From IMG/VR virus record IMGVR_UViG_2703719355_000021: a stretch of 35,247 nt of DNA; one strand, written 5' to 3'. Below, piece after piece: positions 34,258-35,247 of this stretch; positions within the stretch are counted from its first letter, which is position 1; each line of letters opens with the position of its first letter. The notes under the pieces are model-generated. The model saw nothing but the letters and a program-made list of their open reading frames with translations, ran no database searches and was not told the origin of the DNA. This DNA comes from a virus (taxonomy: Duplodnaviria > Heunggongvirae > Uroviricota > Caudoviricetes). Made by a program: the position numbers and the translations under genes.

Positions 34258-35247
34258 ATGGCAATTAAAGCGCTCGATGGTGGACGGTATAAAGTGGATG
34301 TTAGACCGCGTGGCCGAAGTGGACGTCGGATTCAGCGGATTTTTAAGAAAAAGGCAGATGCAGTGGCCTTTGAGCGTTATGTTCTCAGCCACATGCACGA
34401 TAAGGAATGGCTTGAAAAGCCAACAGAGCAACGTCATCTCTCAGATCTGCTTCCGTTATGGTGGGAATTGGGTGGACGCAATAAGCCATATGCTAACGGC
34501 GTTCTAACCAGGTTGAAAAAAATCATCAAAGAAATGAATGATCCAAGGGTTAGCCAGATTAATGCTCGTTTCATGGCCGCTTATCGAAGCTCCCGTTTAT
34601 CCTTGGGAGTAAAAGAGTCTACTGTTCGGCGTGATGAGTCGGATCTCGGAGGAATGTTTACACTCCTGGCAAATGCCGGGGAATTTCACGGAGAAAATCC
34701 GCTCCGCGCCCTCCCCTCTTTGAAACGAAAATCACCCGAAATGACGTATCTCACCACGGAAGAAATCGCCAAATTACTGGATGCAGTAAGCGGTGATGCC
34801 CGGCGGATTACGCTACTTTGTCTCAGTACTGGGGCGAGATGGGGAGAAGCGAAAAATCTGCGCGCGGAACACATCATCAATAATCGCGTGACGTTTAACA
34901 AAACTAAAAACGGAAAAGTTCGAATTATTCCTGTCTCTGATGAAGTTGTTAGTGAGATCAAAACAAAGAAATCCGGCCTTTTGTTTGACGTCAATTATGA
35001 GGAATATCGCAAGGTGCTTCGCAGTGTTAAGCCAGACCTACCAAAAGGACAGGCTGTACATGTTCTACGCCATACCTTTGCTGCTCACTTTATGATTAAT
35101 GGAGGAAATATACTTACGCTCCAGCGAATTATGGGGCACGCTACGATCCAGCAAACTATGACCTATGCGCACCTCGCTCCTGATTTCCTCCAGGATGCAA
35201 TTTCACTTAATCCGTTAAAAGGAGGCATCCACATTTCATCCACATAA
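34258..35247 (+). CDS. int: tyrosine integrase (P2 Int family)
   Basis: MAIKALDGGRYKVDVRPRGRSGRRIQR...LCLSTGARWGEA...HVLRHTFAAHFMINGGNILTLQRIMGH...YAHLAPDFLQDAISLNPL closely parallels P2 Int; GGAGGG ribosome-binding site. The window ends at its stop codon. Confidence 0.95.
   Translation: MAIKALDGGRYKVDVRPRGRSGRRIQRIFKKKADAVAFERYVLSHMHDKEWLEKPTEQRHLSDLLPLWWELGGRNKPYANGVLTRLKKIIKEMNDPRVSQINARFMAAYRSSRLSLGVKESTVRRDESDLGGMFTLLANAGEFHGENPLRALPSLKRKSPEMTYLTTEEIAKLLDAVSGDARRITLLCLSTGARWGEAKNLRAEHIINNRVTFNKTKNGKVRIIPVSDEVVSEIKTKKSGLLFDVNYEEYRKVLRSVKPDLPKGQAVHVLRHTFAAHFMINGGNILTLQRIMGHATIQQTMTYAHLAPDFLQDAISLNPLKGGIHISST

Noticed and set aside
1-35247. CRISPR arrays, rRNA/tRNA genes, IS elements, reverse transcriptase or retron
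   Set aside because: No short regularly spaced direct repeats with unique spacers, no transposase-like ORF with terminal inverted repeats, and no RT-like protein were seen.

Overview
This window is an almost complete P2-like (Peduovirus-type) temperate myophage element from an enterobacterial-looking genome. Left to right: a Hok/Gef-family type I toxin locus (136-406), ogr and tail gene D on the minus strand, then the tail sheath / tube / chaperone (E, E+E' frameshift) / tape measure / U block on the plus strand. A Gin/Pin-type serine invertase follows with a ~2.9 kb invertible tail-fibre segment, then baseplate genes I-J-W-V, tail completion S-R, a lysis cassette (holin, M15-peptidase endolysin, nested spanins), head genes X-L-M-N-O, and divergent terminase P / portal Q. 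A ~490 bp non-coding gap after Q should hold cos. Beyond it, at the classical 'A-to-cos' cargo hotspot, sit two paralogous Ea22-like genes and a plasmid-type ParM/ParR partition cassette with upstream palindromic repeats. Replication gene A (940 aa), a minus-strand early operon of small ORFs interrupted by a 320 bp structured non-coding region, a P2-type C repressor / Cox-like switch and a tyrosine integrase complete the right side. The most interesting signals are the two plasmid-maintenance-type modules (ParMRC and hok/mok) on an integrase-encoding P2-like phage, the Ea22-like pair, and the structured leader region. All calls come from reading the sequence and the supplied ORF track and from recalled family sequences; no database search was run. 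Gene ends follow the ORF track; several starts were moved to an internal start codon with a better ribosome-binding site. Sub-gene motif coordinates are approximate to about 2 bp. attL cannot be placed and attR lies beyond the window.
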